Source of the DNA: an uncultured Bacteroidota bacterium
Lineage (GTDB): Bacteria > Bacteroidota > Bacteroidia > Flavobacteriales > Flavobacteriaceae
Assembly: GCA_937136025.1 (NCBI GenBank)
Contig: CAKZOC010000121.1
Coordinates: 45,121-109,120 of the forward strand
Direction: 5' to 3'
DNA length: 64,000 nt
Positions within the stretch are counted from its first letter, which is position 1. Every line of letters begins with the position of its first letter. Below are positions 10,394 through 21,800 of the stretch, piece after piece. Under the pieces are notes generated by a model. The model had not been told where the DNA came from. It searched no databases and was given only the letters and a program-made list of their open reading frames with translations. The translations under genes were made by a program, and so were the position numbers.

Positions 10394-12034
10394 ATGAAAA
10401 GATTTGAATTGAAATTCTTATCCCTTGCTTTCCTGGCGGTATTCGGGCTGTACTCCTGTACCGATTTGGAAATTGAGGAAACGGATTCCTTCATTAGTGA
10501 AGGTTTCCAAGGCCTGGAAGATCCCCAGTCCGCACTAGACCAGCTGTACAACCAGGTGGGTGGACAACTGGGAGATCAGGCCAATACGTATGCCCTTACC
10601 TCTGTCACTACAGACGAGCAATTGGTCCCGACTCGAGGGGCTGACTGGGGAGATAACGGGCGTTGGAGAAAGCTCCACCAACACGAATGGGGCTTTGAGG
10701 AAACCGACATCCTAACACCTTTTGATCAGTGGAACTCCGATCAATTACTCGCTTCTCAGATTTTGGATGAGCGTAGTGCAGCTCCTGCCGGGGTTGCGGC
10801 TCAGGCACACTTCTTACGGGCCTGGTCCATGTATATGATCCTGGATCTTTACGGGCAGGTACCTTTTAGAGATACTCAGCTTTCCTCTACAACGGTTCCC
10901 GAAGTTCTTTCCGGTGCTGCTGCTGTTGATTTTATCCTATCCGACCTTGACGCTGCCATCGCTGGTTTACCAGCAACCGCTGCAGGTACTGGAGAACAAA
11001 ATAAAGCCAGCAAAGCCGCAGCCCGCCTGTTAAAAGCTAAAATGCTCTTAAACCGCAGCACTTTTGAAAGTCAGCTGGGTGAGCCATCGCCTGTTAATGT
11101 TGCCGACATGCAGGAAGTAGTTAATCTGGTAGATGCCATCGCCGCTGATGGTTATGCATTACAGTCAGGGTACTTTGAAATTTTCGAGCCTAGTACGGAC
11201 ACTGAAACGATTTGGTTTATCGATTCCGGAAATACTGGAAACCGTATTTTCAACGGCTTACACTACAACTCTACCGGATTAGGTGGAGGGGGATGGAACG
11301 GTTTCAGTACACTGGCCGAATTCTACGACCTCTTTGAAGGAGATCCGAATCAGAACCGTTATGCCTCAGATGTCGAAAGTGCCCAGATTGACGGGCAGGA
11401 AGAGCGTCGCGGTGGTGTTCCAAATATCGGAGTGCCATTTACAAACCGGCCTGGCTCCTCTGATGACAATGGAGGTTTCGAAGATGGTTCTAACGTAGGG
11501 AACGGATTCCTGATCGGTCAGCAATACGCCCTCGATGGCACTCCATTGGAAGACCGTCAGGGAAATCCTCTGGAATTCTCTCGCGGATTTGTGGACGGAA
11601 ACGGAGCACCGAGCCTCATCAACAACAGTGAGCGCACCGGGATTCGTGTCATGAAGTACAACCCTCGTAATGGTGGTGGATTTGCCAACCACGTGATGGT
11701 TATGAGATATGCAGATGCTCACCTGATGAAAGCTGAGGCTATCCTTCGCGGGGCCAGTGGTGGTGATGCCACAGCCCTGGTGAACGAACTTCGGACCATC
11801 AGAAACGCAACGCCACTGGGATCTGTAGATGCATCAGATCTTTTAGACGAAAGAGGACGTGAATTATACTGTGAGTGGTGGAGAAGAAACGACATGATCC
11901 GTTTCGGACAGTACACTCGTCAGTGGGAATTCAAGAGCGATGCCGAGACAGGTAATGCTGCCCGTAATTTGTTCCCAATTCCACTGCCACAATTACTGGC
12001 AAATCCGAATCTGGTTCAAAACCCCGGATACTAG
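10394..12034 (+). CDS. susD: RagB/SusD family lipoprotein
   Basis: Lipobox LYSC, RYADAHLMKAEA, LLDERGRELYCEWWRRNDMIRFG, terminal QNPGY. Confidence 0.97.
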   Translation: MKRFELKFLSLAFLAVFGLYSCTDLEIEETDSFISEGFQGLEDPQSALDQLYNQVGGQLGDQANTYALTSVTTDEQLVPTRGADWGDNGRWRKLHQHEWGFEETDILTPFDQWNSDQLLASQILDERSAAPAGVAAQAHFLRAWSMYMILDLYGQVPFRDTQLSSTTVPEVLSGAAAVDFILSDLDAAIAGLPATAAGTGEQNKASKAAARLLKAKMLLNRSTFESQLGEPSPVNVADMQEVVNLVDAIAADGYALQSGYFEIFEPSTDTETIWFIDSGNTGNRIFNGLHYNSTGLGGGGWNGFSTLAEFYDLFEGDPNQNRYASDVESAQIDGQEERRGGVPNIGVPFTNRPGSSDDNGGFEDGSNVGNGFLIGQQYALDGTPLEDRQGNPLEFSRGFVDGNGAPSLINNSERTGIRVMKYNPRNGGGFANHVMVMRYADAHLMKAEAILRGASGGDATALVNELRTIRNATPLGSVDASDLLDERGRELYCEWWRRNDMIRFGQYTRQWEFKSDAETGNAARNLFPIPLPQLLANPNLVQNPGY

Positions 12035-12061
12035 TAAAGCACAGTGAATTAAATTCTACAG

Positions 12062-12090
12062 AAAAGCTACCTTCGGGTAGCTTTTTTTTT
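12062..12090 (+). terminator. Rho-independent terminator after susD
   Basis: AAAAGCTACC-TTCG-GGTAGCTTTT: perfect stem, UUCG loop, T9 tail. Confidence 0.92.
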
Positions 12091-12126
12091 GTTTAGCTCC
12101 TCTTGAACCTGAAATACTAAACAAAA

Positions 12127-12143
12127 GATTAACGAGGATTAAC
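12127..12143 (+). promoter_or_regulatory. GATTAAC-N3-GATTAAC direct repeat upstream of the ASPIC/VHPO cassette
   Basis: Two perfect 7-mers at 10-bp period, 60 bp upstream of the -7 element. Confidence 0.4.
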
Positions 12144-12202
12144 ATTACCTAAAAACGGACTTCAAAGCACTGCTTCATCCCGGCTATCCCACCCTAATTC
12201 TT

Positions 12203-12210
12203 TATTTTTG
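12203..12210 (+). promoter_or_regulatory. -7 promoter element (TATTTTTG) of the ASPIC/UnbV-VHPO cassette
   Basis: TAnnTTTG match 19 bp upstream of ATG 12230 and downstream of the susD terminator. Confidence 0.65.
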
Positions 12211-12229
12211 CCTGCACTTATCCCCGGAA

Positions 12230-15200
12230 ATGAAAAGGATTCATGTCGCAAGTTTGTTGCTGGTTATAATATGCGGTTGCACTAAAGCCCCCTCGCCTGA
12301 CTTCACTCGTCTTTCCCCCTCACAGACAGGAATCCATTTTTCCAACTCCCTTCAGGAGACGCCGGAACTCAATATCCTCACCTACCTCTATTATTACAAC
12401 GGAGGAGGCGTTACGGTGGCCGATTTCAACCAGGACACCCTCCCGGATATCTATTTTGGAAGTAACCAATCTGCCGATGCGCTGTATCTGAATCGGGGCA
12501 ATATGACTTTTGAAAAGGTCACAAAGAGATCCGGTATCTCCAATGGAGACGGCTGGACCACCGGGACCACCCACGTGGATATTAACGGAGACGGCTTACA
12601 GGATATCTATATCTGCAAAGCTTCCGGGTATCGTGCCCTCCAGGGCCGGAATTTATTGTATCTGAATCTGGGTGTGGATTCCGACGGAATCCCCAAATTT
12701 GACGAACGTGCCGCCGACTTTGGTCTGGACTTTTCAGGACTATCCACCCAGGCCGCCTTTTTTGATTACGACCTCGATGGGGATCTCGATCTCTTCCTCC
12801 TGAATCATTCGGTCCATCCGAACCGGACCTATGGCAAGGGCAGTCAGCGCCTTATCCCGGACAGCCTCTCCGGGGATCGTTTTTTTCGAAACGACAATGG
12901 TTTTTTTACAGACGTGAGCTCGGAAACGGGTATTTTCCAGGGAAAAGCGGGTTATGGCCTGGGGGTTGGAATCAGTGATCTGAACGCCGACGGTTATCCG
13001 GACATCTATGTGGGGAATGACTTTTTTGAGAATGACTACCTCTACATAAATAATGGGGATGGCACCTTCCGGGAAGTCATTTCTGCTGGAGAAGGCCAGG
13101 TGGGGCACACGACCCATTTCAGTATGGGCAATGACCTTGCCGACATCAATAACGATGGCCTGGTAGATATTCTTTCTCTGGACATGCTCCCCGAAGACCT
13201 GATCACCTATAAGACTTCCGGATTGGAATACGCCTACCCCATATACCGACAATACCTCAATAACGGATTTGCGCCCCAATACATGCAAAACACCCTCCAA
13301 CTCAATACAGGCGACAATCGCTTTTCTGAGATTGCCTTTCTCAGTGGGGTTGCCGCCACCGAATGGTCGTGGGGGGGACTCTTTGTCGACCTCGACAATG
13401 ATGGATTTAAAGATCTGTTTGTTACCAATGGCATCAAGGGCGCCACCAACGACATGGACTATATGAATTTTATAGCCAATGAGGACATACAAAGAAGAAT
13501 AGACCGCGGCATGGAGGATACAGATCTTCCGCTTACACGTGAAATTCCCCCAAAAAAGGTGTCGAACTACGTCTTCAGGAACAACGGGGATCTTACGTTT
13601 ACGGACAAAACTTCTCCATGGCTCGGGCAAGAACCCACTTTTAGCAATGGAAGCGCCTATGCCGACCTGGATAATGATGGGGATCTGGACCTGGTAGTCA
13701 ACAACCTCGATCAGCCAGCCACCATTTATCAGAACGATTTGGAAACCGGGAATTCCATCGTCCTGCACTTTTCAGGTGCCGGCGCAAACACCAGGGGTAT
13801 AGGGGCACGGGTACTTGCGTATACGGACGGAAGTCTGCAGGTATTTGAAAATTTTACGACCCGGGGTTACCTTTCCGCCGTTCCGGCACATATACAAATT
13901 GGTTTGAATCAAGCCGAATCGCTGGACTCCGTAGTTGTTATTTGGCCCGGAGGCGCTTTTGAAAAACGTCAGGGACTCCCTGTCGGAAATGCCATCACGC
14001 TTAAACAGGAAGACGCCAGGGGGAATTACTATTCCCGACCTGCACCTGAATCGCTTTGGCAAACCCGCGACAGCGTAATTCCTTTTGTACACAAAGAAAA
14101 CACCAGTCTGGACTTTGACCGTGAACCCCTGATCGCCTACGCCAGGTCTAACCAGGGCCCGGCGATTTCTATTGGGGACGTCAACCGGGATGGGACGGAT
14201 GATATCTTTGTAAGCGGAGCCAAGCGGCAGGCGGGATCCCTGTTTCTGCAGGGACCTGAAGGTGTTTTTTCAACAATGGTTCCTGAACCTTTCGCTCAGG
14301 ATGCCCTTAGTGAGGATACCGGTCATGTGTTTTTCGATGCAGACGGGGATGCGTGGCTGGATTTGCTAGTGGTCAGCGGGGGGAATGAATTTGCACAAGG
14401 CCCTGCCCTGAGACCGCGATTTTACAGAAACCGGAGCGGGCGGTTCGAAAAAGACAGTCTGGCCTTTGAAGGTTTTAGCATCAATGCTTCCGCTGTGGAT
14501 ACCATTGATATAGACCAGGATGGAGATCTCGACATTTTCATCAGTTCCGATGCCGTCCCGGGGGCTTTTGGGAAAACACCGGAGCACAGGTTTTTTGAAA
14601 ACGACGGGACAGGAAGATTTACAGCTGTTAGCGCCGGTCTTATTCCGGAACTCCAAACTTATGGGCCCATTGACGACTTTAGCTGGTCCGATCTGAACGG
14701 GGACGGAAGTTTGGATTTAGTGGTTGCGGGCCACTGGGGACCAGTTGCTGTTTTTTACAATACCGGATTGGGATGGGAACGGGGAACCCACAACGGACTG
14801 GATGCCTCCAATGGCTGGTGGAACTGCATTGAGGTCACCGATATAGACCAGGATGGGGATTTAGATTTAATCGCGGGAAACTGGGGACTCAATAGCAAGT
14901 TCCGGGCCAGCCCCGAGACACCCCTTACGCTCTATCGGAGCGACTTTGACCAAAACGGATCTGAGGAGCCGGTGGTGACGTATTACCACAAGGGCGTGGA
15001 AACGCCTTTTGCCTCCCGGGATGAACTGGGAAAACAAATGCCTTTTCTCAATAAAAAATACCGGACCTATCACGACTTTGCCGGGGCGACCCTTGAAGAA
15101 CTATTTGGAGCCGAAGCCTTGCGGAGAGCCGAAAAAAAAGAAGTGTTTGAGTTGCGAAGCTGTGTATTTCTCAACGATGGGCATGGGCAGTTTGAAAAAA

Positions 15201-15514
15201 TACCCCTGCCCAATATCGGGCAGGCTTCCACCATTTACGATTTTCTCCCAGAAGATGTGGATGGAGACGGAGATAAGGATCTCATCCTGATCGGGAACCT
15301 TCACGAGATGAGCACTCAACTGGGACGCCTGGACGCCTTTCAGGGGTTCGTACTGAAAAATAATGGGGCTGGCTCCTTTTCCTGGGCTCCTGAAATGGCT
15401 CTTCCTGTGTCAGGTGCCGGACGGGTTATTGAGACGCTTCGAATTGAAAATAAAACACATTATATCATTGGGAGAAATAACGCTGCTCCCCTATTTCTAT
15501 CAAAACATGAATAA
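12230..15514 (+). CDS. FG-GAP/VCBS-repeat ASPIC/UnbV (CRTAC1-like) lipoprotein 1
   Basis: Lipobox ICGC, YNGGGV, many DxDxDGDxD loops (DLDNDGDLDLVVNN), ASPIC motif RGYLSAV...DSVVVIWPGG; 1094 aa. Confidence 0.9.
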   Translation: MKRIHVASLLLVIICGCTKAPSPDFTRLSPSQTGIHFSNSLQETPELNILTYLYYYNGGGVTVADFNQDTLPDIYFGSNQSADALYLNRGNMTFEKVTKRSGISNGDGWTTGTTHVDINGDGLQDIYICKASGYRALQGRNLLYLNLGVDSDGIPKFDERAADFGLDFSGLSTQAAFFDYDLDGDLDLFLLNHSVHPNRTYGKGSQRLIPDSLSGDRFFRNDNGFFTDVSSETGIFQGKAGYGLGVGISDLNADGYPDIYVGNDFFENDYLYINNGDGTFREVISAGEGQVGHTTHFSMGNDLADINNDGLVDILSLDMLPEDLITYKTSGLEYAYPIYRQYLNNGFAPQYMQNTLQLNTGDNRFSEIAFLSGVAATEWSWGGLFVDLDNDGFKDLFVTNGIKGATNDMDYMNFIANEDIQRRIDRGMEDTDLPLTREIPPKKVSNYVFRNNGDLTFTDKTSPWLGQEPTFSNGSAYADLDNDGDLDLVVNNLDQPATIYQNDLETGNSIVLHFSGAGANTRGIGARVLAYTDGSLQVFENFTTRGYLSAVPAHIQIGLNQAESLDSVVVIWPGGAFEKRQGLPVGNAITLKQEDARGNYYSRPAPESLWQTRDSVIPFVHKENTSLDFDREPLIAYARSNQGPAISIGDVNRDGTDDIFVSGAKRQAGSLFLQGPEGVFSTMVPEPFAQDALSEDTGHVFFDADGDAWLDLLVVSGGNEFAQGPALRPRFYRNRSGRFEKDSLAFEGFSINASAVDTIDIDQDGDLDIFISSDAVPGAFGKTPEHRFFENDGTGRFTAVSAGLIPELQTYGPIDDFSWSDLNGDGSLDLVVAGHWGPVAVFYNTGLGWERGTHNGLDASNGWWNCIEVTDIDQDGDLDLIAGNWGLNSKFRASPETPLTLYRSDFDQNGSEEPVVTYYHKGVETPFASRDELGKQMPFLNKKYRTYHDFAGATLEELFGAEALRRAEKKEVFELRSCVFLNDGHGQFEKIPLPNIGQASTIYDFLPEDVDGDGDKDLILIGNLHEMSTQLGRLDAFQGFVLKNNGAGSFSWAPEMALPVSGAGRVIETLRIENKTHYIIGRNNAAPLFLSKHE

Positions 15515-18500
15515 ATCGATATCGTTTATCACTGGTTTGGGCATCGCCTGCCTTCTTTTTCTGGGCTCATGTACAGAGCAGGAAAAAGCAACGGAGTTGG
15601 CCGAAACAGCAGTCCCTACCCTCTTTACGCTCATGCCACCGGACAGCACCGGCGTGGATTTTGTGAATACCGTAGAAAACCAGAAAAACTTCAATATCTT
15701 CAAATACCGGAATTTTTACAACGGAGGGGGAGTTGCCATTGGAGACATCAATAATGACGGCTTACCGGACCTTTTTCTGACCGGAAACATGGTGCCGAAC
15801 CGGTTGTATCTGAACAAAGGTAATTTTGAGTTTGAGGATATCTCCGAGCGTGCGGGGGTTTTGGGCAATAAGCCCTGGTCTACCGGGGTGGTGATGGCCG
15901 ACGTGAATGCGGATGGCTTGCTGGATATCTATGTCAGCAACGCAGGGAATCTGGAAGGAAACAACCACGACAATGACCTGTACATCAACAATGGGGACCT
16001 GACGTTTACCGAGCGGGCCGAAGAATTCAACCTGGCCAAAACCGGCTTTACCACCCATGCTACATTTTTTGATTATGACAAAGATGGAGATCTGGACGCC
16101 TATATCCTGAACAATAGCAACATTCCCGTCAGCAGTCTGGGATACGCCGAACAGCGTGAAGTTCGGGCTCAGGACTGGGAAGGTGTGCCCCACATCTTCA
16201 GAGGTGTGGGCGATATGCTGCTGCGCAATGATGGTGGCAAATTTGTCGATGTCAGTGAAGAGGCTGGAATTTATGGTAGCCTGATCGGGTTTGGACTTGG
16301 GGTGATGATTTCGGATTTCAACCAGGACCGGTATCCGGACATTTATGTTTCTAACGATTTCTATGAGCGGGATTACCTGTACATCAATAACGGAAACGGC
16401 ACATTCTCAGAACAGATTAAGGAATGGACCAACCACCTCAGCCTTTCGGCTATGGGTATAGACATCGGCGATATCAACAACGATGGCTACCAGGATATTT
16501 TTATTACCGACATGCTGCCCGAGCCCGAAGAGCGGGTCAAGTCGGTTATGGAGTTTGAAGGCTATAAGGTTTTCGACCTGAAACGCGGGAAAGACTTCTA
16601 TCAGCAATACATTCAGAACACCCTCCAATTGAATAATGGAAACGGAACGTTTTCAGAGATTGCCTACTACAGTGGAGTCGACGCCACAGACTGGAGTTGG
16701 GCCGGACTCCTCTTCGATATGGACAATGACGGGCTGCGGGATATTTTTATCACTAACGGCATCAATCACGATCTCACCGATCTGGACTTCGTCGATTTTT
16801 TTGCCGATGAGATTATTCAGAAAATGGCCCTGACCGGTAAGAAGGAATCCATCGATTCCATTATCACAAAAATGCCGATCAAACCCCAAACCAATTACGC
16901 CTACAGGAACAAGGGAGACCTCACATTCTCAAAAGAAAACAGCGCCTGGGGATTCGATACGCCCACGCGCAGTAATGGGGCGGCCTATGGGGATCTGGAC
17001 AACGATGGAGATCTGGACCTGGTCATCAACAACGTCAACATGGAGGCTTATCTCTACAGGAACAATACGCAACAAATGCAGGACAACAGCTATCTGCGCA
17101 TGAAATTTAAGGGATCAAAACAGAATCCTTTTGCTATTGGCACCACGGTCATGGGGTATAAGGGATCTGAAGTATTCATTCAGGACCTGATGCCTTCCCG
17201 GGGTTTCCAGTCTTCGGTGGATTATACCCTGGTCTTCGGTCTGGGAAAGGCCCAGGTTTTGGACTCCCTGCGGGTCATCTGGCCGGATGAAAAGACCGAG
17301 TTACTGCGCAATGTCGCTGTCAATCAGGAACTCGTATTCGAACAGGAGCAGGCCAGCGAAAGGTATGCACGGGCTAAAAACAAGGGAGGGAGTACCTATA
17401 TGAGTGAAATTTCTCAAAAAAACCTGCAGGCTCACGAAGAGGACAATTACAATGATTTTGACCATGAGGGACTGATTTACAGTAAATTATCTCAGGAAGG
17501 GCCCGCCCTGGCCACAGGGGATGTGAATGGGGATGGCCACGAAGATGTCTTTTTTGGAGGGGGAACGGACCAATCTGCAATCCTCTACTTCCATCAAGGC
17601 GAGGGAAAACTGCGCAAACAGGCCGTTCCTGCTTTTGAAGCCGATGCCGCTTTTGAAGATACGGCAGCCGCCTTCTTTGATGCGGACGGAGATCAGGACC
17701 TGGATCTCATTGTGGCTACAGGAGGAAACCAGGTGGGGAAGAACCGAACGTACAGGCCCCGACTCTATCTGAATGACGGCAAGGGCAACTTTCAAAAATC
17801 CGGTACGGACCTGCCTACTTCCTTTAAAAACATGTCTACCGTTAGCCCGGAAGATTTTGACGGGGATGGGGATATGGATGTTTTTATCGGTTCGAGGTCG
17901 GTAGTCGGTATTTATGGGGTGAATCCGAACCATCTCCTTCTGGAAAACCAGGGGGATGGTACTTTCCGGGATGCGACCGAACGCCTGGCGAACGACATGA
18001 AAGATACCGGTATGGTTACGGCTTCGGTATGGACCGATCTGGATGGAGACGGCAAAAATGACTTGTTTGTAACCACCGACTGGGACAGCCCCAAGATTTA
18101 TCGCAACAATGGGAGAAAGCTGACGAAGTGGAATACCGGCCTGGACAGTCTGCGTGGATGGTGGAATACGGTAACCGCGGCGGATCTGGATGGCGACGGA
18201 GATCAGGATCTGATTTTGGGCAATGACGGTTCGAATATGCACTACCTTCCAAAACCTGGAAGTCCGATGAAAATGTGGGTCAATGATTTTGACAACAACG
18301 GAACCCTGGAACAAATTATTACCGTACAGGAAAACGGCAGGGACTATCCCATACACATGAAGAAAGAACTGACCGGTCAATTAGTCTCCCTTAAAAAGGA
18401 AAACCTCAGAGCTTCTGTATACGCCAAACGAACCATTCAGGAGCTTCTTCCCCAGGAGGTGGTTGCTAATTCTATAGTCAAGGAGGTCAATATAACGGAG

Positions 18501-18866
18501 TCTGTACTGCTGATCAATGAAGGGGGATGGAAATTCCGGGTCCAAAAACTACCTGAAAGAGTACAACTCTCCTGTATTTGTGGGATCGCCTGTATGGACG
18601 TGAATAACGATGGCCACCTGGACCTGGTTATGGGTGGGAACAAACACGAATTCAAACCTCAGTTTTCGCGACTCGATGCGGGGTATGGCAATGTCCTGCT
18701 CGGAGATGGAAATTTAGATTTCCAGTGGCAGCAATACGATCAAAGCGGGTTTTTTGTGAGAGGAGAAGTAAAATATATAAAACCGATCCGCGACCGAAAC
18801 GGCAAAACCTACTTAGTCGTTGCCCTGAATGAAGACCAACCCAGAATCTTTAAACTGGATGAATAG
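15507..18866 (+). CDS. FG-GAP/VCBS-repeat ASPIC/UnbV lipoprotein 2
   Basis: Start moved to ATG 15507 (MNKSISF...LGSC lipobox); RGFQSSV...DSLRVIWPD; 1119 aa; overlaps the previous gene by 8 nt. Confidence 0.9.
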   Translation: MNKSISFITGLGIACLLFLGSCTEQEKATELAETAVPTLFTLMPPDSTGVDFVNTVENQKNFNIFKYRNFYNGGGVAIGDINNDGLPDLFLTGNMVPNRLYLNKGNFEFEDISERAGVLGNKPWSTGVVMADVNADGLLDIYVSNAGNLEGNNHDNDLYINNGDLTFTERAEEFNLAKTGFTTHATFFDYDKDGDLDAYILNNSNIPVSSLGYAEQREVRAQDWEGVPHIFRGVGDMLLRNDGGKFVDVSEEAGIYGSLIGFGLGVMISDFNQDRYPDIYVSNDFYERDYLYINNGNGTFSEQIKEWTNHLSLSAMGIDIGDINNDGYQDIFITDMLPEPEERVKSVMEFEGYKVFDLKRGKDFYQQYIQNTLQLNNGNGTFSEIAYYSGVDATDWSWAGLLFDMDNDGLRDIFITNGINHDLTDLDFVDFFADEIIQKMALTGKKESIDSIITKMPIKPQTNYAYRNKGDLTFSKENSAWGFDTPTRSNGAAYGDLDNDGDLDLVINNVNMEAYLYRNNTQQMQDNSYLRMKFKGSKQNPFAIGTTVMGYKGSEVFIQDLMPSRGFQSSVDYTLVFGLGKAQVLDSLRVIWPDEKTELLRNVAVNQELVFEQEQASERYARAKNKGGSTYMSEISQKNLQAHEEDNYNDFDHEGLIYSKLSQEGPALATGDVNGDGHEDVFFGGGTDQSAILYFHQGEGKLRKQAVPAFEADAAFEDTAAAFFDADGDQDLDLIVATGGNQVGKNRTYRPRLYLNDGKGNFQKSGTDLPTSFKNMSTVSPEDFDGDGDMDVFIGSRSVVGIYGVNPNHLLLENQGDGTFRDATERLANDMKDTGMVTASVWTDLDGDGKNDLFVTTDWDSPKIYRNNGRKLTKWNTGLDSLRGWWNTVTAADLDGDGDQDLILGNDGSNMHYLPKPGSPMKMWVNDFDNNGTLEQIITVQENGRDYPIHMKKELTGQLVSLKKENLRASVYAKRTIQELLPQEVVANSIVKEVNITESVLLINEGGWKFRVQKLPERVQLSCICGIACMDVNNDGHLDLVMGGNKHEFKPQFSRLDAGYGNVLLGDGNLDFQWQQYDQSGFFVRGEVKYIKPIRDRNGKTYLVVALNEDQPRIFKLDE

Positions 18867-21800
18867 AGCTATTGTCATAGGAAGTGCCCTGGTCGTATTG
18901 TTGTCCGGATGCCGGCAAGGTGGCGATATGTTCGAGGCGCCCGGGCCCGGACAGACCGGAGTGCACTTTACCAACGCACTCACGGAGACAGATGCCCTGA
19001 ATATTCTGGACTACCTCTATTTCTACAATGGGGGGGGCGTGGCCCTGGGGGATATCGACGGAGACGGGCTGCCTGATATTTACCTCTCCGGGAACCAGGT
19101 CGGAAACAAGCTGTTCCGGAATCTGGGGGGAATGAAATTTGAAGACATCACCGAAGAGGCAGGGGTGGAAGGAAAGAGCAGTTGGAATACAGGCGCTGTG
19201 ATGGGAGATGTAAACGGAGATGGCTTTTTGGACATCTACGTTTGCGCCGTGGTGGGAATCAATGGTTTTACCGGTCACAACGAACTCTTTATCAACAATG
19301 GAGACGGGACTTTTAGCGAACAGGCCGGGGCTTACGGCCTGGATTTTGACACCTTTAGTTCCAATGCCGCCTTTCTGGATTACGATCTGGATGGCGATCT
19401 GGATATCTACTTGCTGAACCATGCCGTGCATACCCAGGATTCCTACGGAAAAGCATCGCTCCGGTACCAGCGCGATTACGATACAGGAGATAAACTCCTT
19501 AGAAACGACGGGGATACCTTCAAGGACGTAAGCGCCGAGGCCGGGATTTTTGGCGGTATTAATGGCTATGGCCTGGGCATCGCAGTTTCAGACTTTAACC
19601 TGGACGGGTACCCGGACCTGTACATTGGAAATGATTTTCACGAAGACGATTACTATTATGTGAATAATGCCGACGGAACGTTTACAGAAAGCCTCCGTTC
19701 GTACTTCGGGCATACCAGCCGGTTCTCCATGGGCAGCGATGCGGCAGATATCAACAATGATGGCCGACCCGATCTGATTTCCCTCGATATGCTGCCCCGG
19801 GACGAGGTTCCCCTGAAGTCTTCCGAGGGGGATGACAATATTCAGACCCAGCGCATGCGCATTGGAGCCTACGGGTATTACTACCAGTTTACCCGCAATA
19901 TGCTCTATGTCAACCAACCGGATAATCGCTTTATGGAAACCGCCCTGATGAGCGGGGTCGCCGCTACGGATTGGAGCTGGAGTGCGCTGTTTGCAGATTT
20001 TGACCAGGACGGCTTTCAGGATTTGTTCGTTTCCAATGGGATTCCCAAAAGACCCAACGACCTGGATTTTGTGAAGTTTGTGTCCAATGAACAAATCAGC
20101 AGCACCATCAGCAATACGAAACTGGTCGATCAGAAGGCGCTCAATATGATGCCTTCCGGAAATACCCGGAATTTCGTATTTCAGGGATCAGAAAACCTGG
20201 AATTCAAGGATCGGTCTGAGGCCTGGATCCGGCAGGACACGCTCCTCTCCGGGGCGACTGCCTGGGGAGACCTGGACCGGGACGGCGATCTGGACCTGGT
20301 GATCAACAACCTGAATCAACCGGCCAGTATTCTGGTCAACAAAGGAAAGGGTAACACCTCCCTCACCCTGAAACTTAAGTATACAGGAAAAAACCCCTAC
20401 GGAGTGGGTGCCAAAGTGTTTATGTACTTCGAAGGAGGGGTGCAGATGCGGGAGCTATTTCCCGTCCGCGGTTTTCAATCCTCTTCAGAACCCCTGATCC
20501 ACTTTGGAACCGGACAGGCTGCGCAGGTGGATTCCGTACGAATTATCTGGCCTGACGGACGCTGTCAGGTAGAAAAGGACCTTCCTACCGGTCAGCTTCT
20601 GGAAATTGCGATGAAGGACACCCGTGCGTTTGACTACGCCTCACTGCAGCCCGAGCCTTTGCCTCTTTTTAAAAAGCTGTCAATGCCCCTGGGCATCGAT
20701 TTTGTACATCAGGAAGACATTTATACAGACTTTAACCGGGAAAAACTCCTGCCCTACAGCCTCGCCGATCGCGGCCCCGCTTTTGCCAGGGGGGACCTCA
20801 ATGGAGACGGGAAGGAAGATCTGTTTTTCGGGGGTTCTAAGCGAATCGCCCCGGCCGTTTATTTTGCTGCAGACAGTAGTTTTACGCGTCAGCCGGTGGA
20901 TGAAATAGCCCTGGACAGCTTGCAGGAAGATGTAGCCGCTGTTATTGCCGATCTTGACGCCGACGGCCGGAATGACCTGCTTCTGGGTTCCGGGGGAGGT
21001 GATTATTTTGGGGAAGCCCCTCCCTTACTGGACCGATATTACAGAAATTCCCCTTCCGGTTTACAACAGGTGTCCTTTCCCGGGAACTATGCGAACACCT
21101 CCGTGATCCGGCCCTTTGATTACGATCGGGACGGAGATCTGGACCTTTTTCTGGGCACACAGAGTCTTACCGGCCGCTTCGGGGAAATACCCACGAGTTA
21201 TCTGCTGGAAAATACCGGTGGAAATTTTACAGAAGTTGAAAGTTTTAAAGGGGAATCTCTGGGGATGATCACCGACGCGGTTTGGAGCGACTTCGACGCA
21301 GATGGACGCACAGACCTCATCGTTGTTGGGGAGTGGATGTCTCCCCGTTTTTTCAAAAACACCACAGAAGGCCTTCAGGAGATTGCCTTCGAAGGTCCTT
21401 CAGGGCTCTGGCAATGCATAAGTCCCCACGACATAGACGGGGACGGAGATATGGATTACCTGCTCGGGAACTGGGGAACCAATTCTAAGTTTGTGGCCTC
21501 CCCTGCTGAGCCCCTGAAGATGTATTTTTCAGATTTTGATTCGAATGGGAGTACGGAAACCGTTCTGGCGACAGCTAAAAAGGGCTCCTATTATACGCTG
21601 GTGGGCCTGGATGATCTGGGCTCACAAATGGTCAGCTTGCGGAAAAAATATCCGGACTACAAGAGCTTTGCCGGGAAACCGATTGAAGATATCTTTGGGG
21701 CCGAAGCGCTGCAGACGGCCCGGTTATATGAAGCAACCGAGTTGCGGTCCGGGTATCTTAAAAATGACGGTGGGCGTTTTACCTTTATTCCGTTTCCCAA

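Noticed and set aside
12740-13768. Long antisense ORFs (also 2626-3390, 4264-4920, 17487-18380, 25994-26845, 40671-41378)
   Set aside because: They lie opposite well-supported genes, show no motifs or promoters, and are expected shadows at this GC content.
15363-15506. Upstream ORF extensions (also 33684, 36724, 46208, 42597, 53180, 58018)
   Set aside because: The extensions overlap neighbours or promoters. Internal ATGs give proper signal peptides or family N-termini and sit just downstream of TAnnTTTG elements or stop codons.
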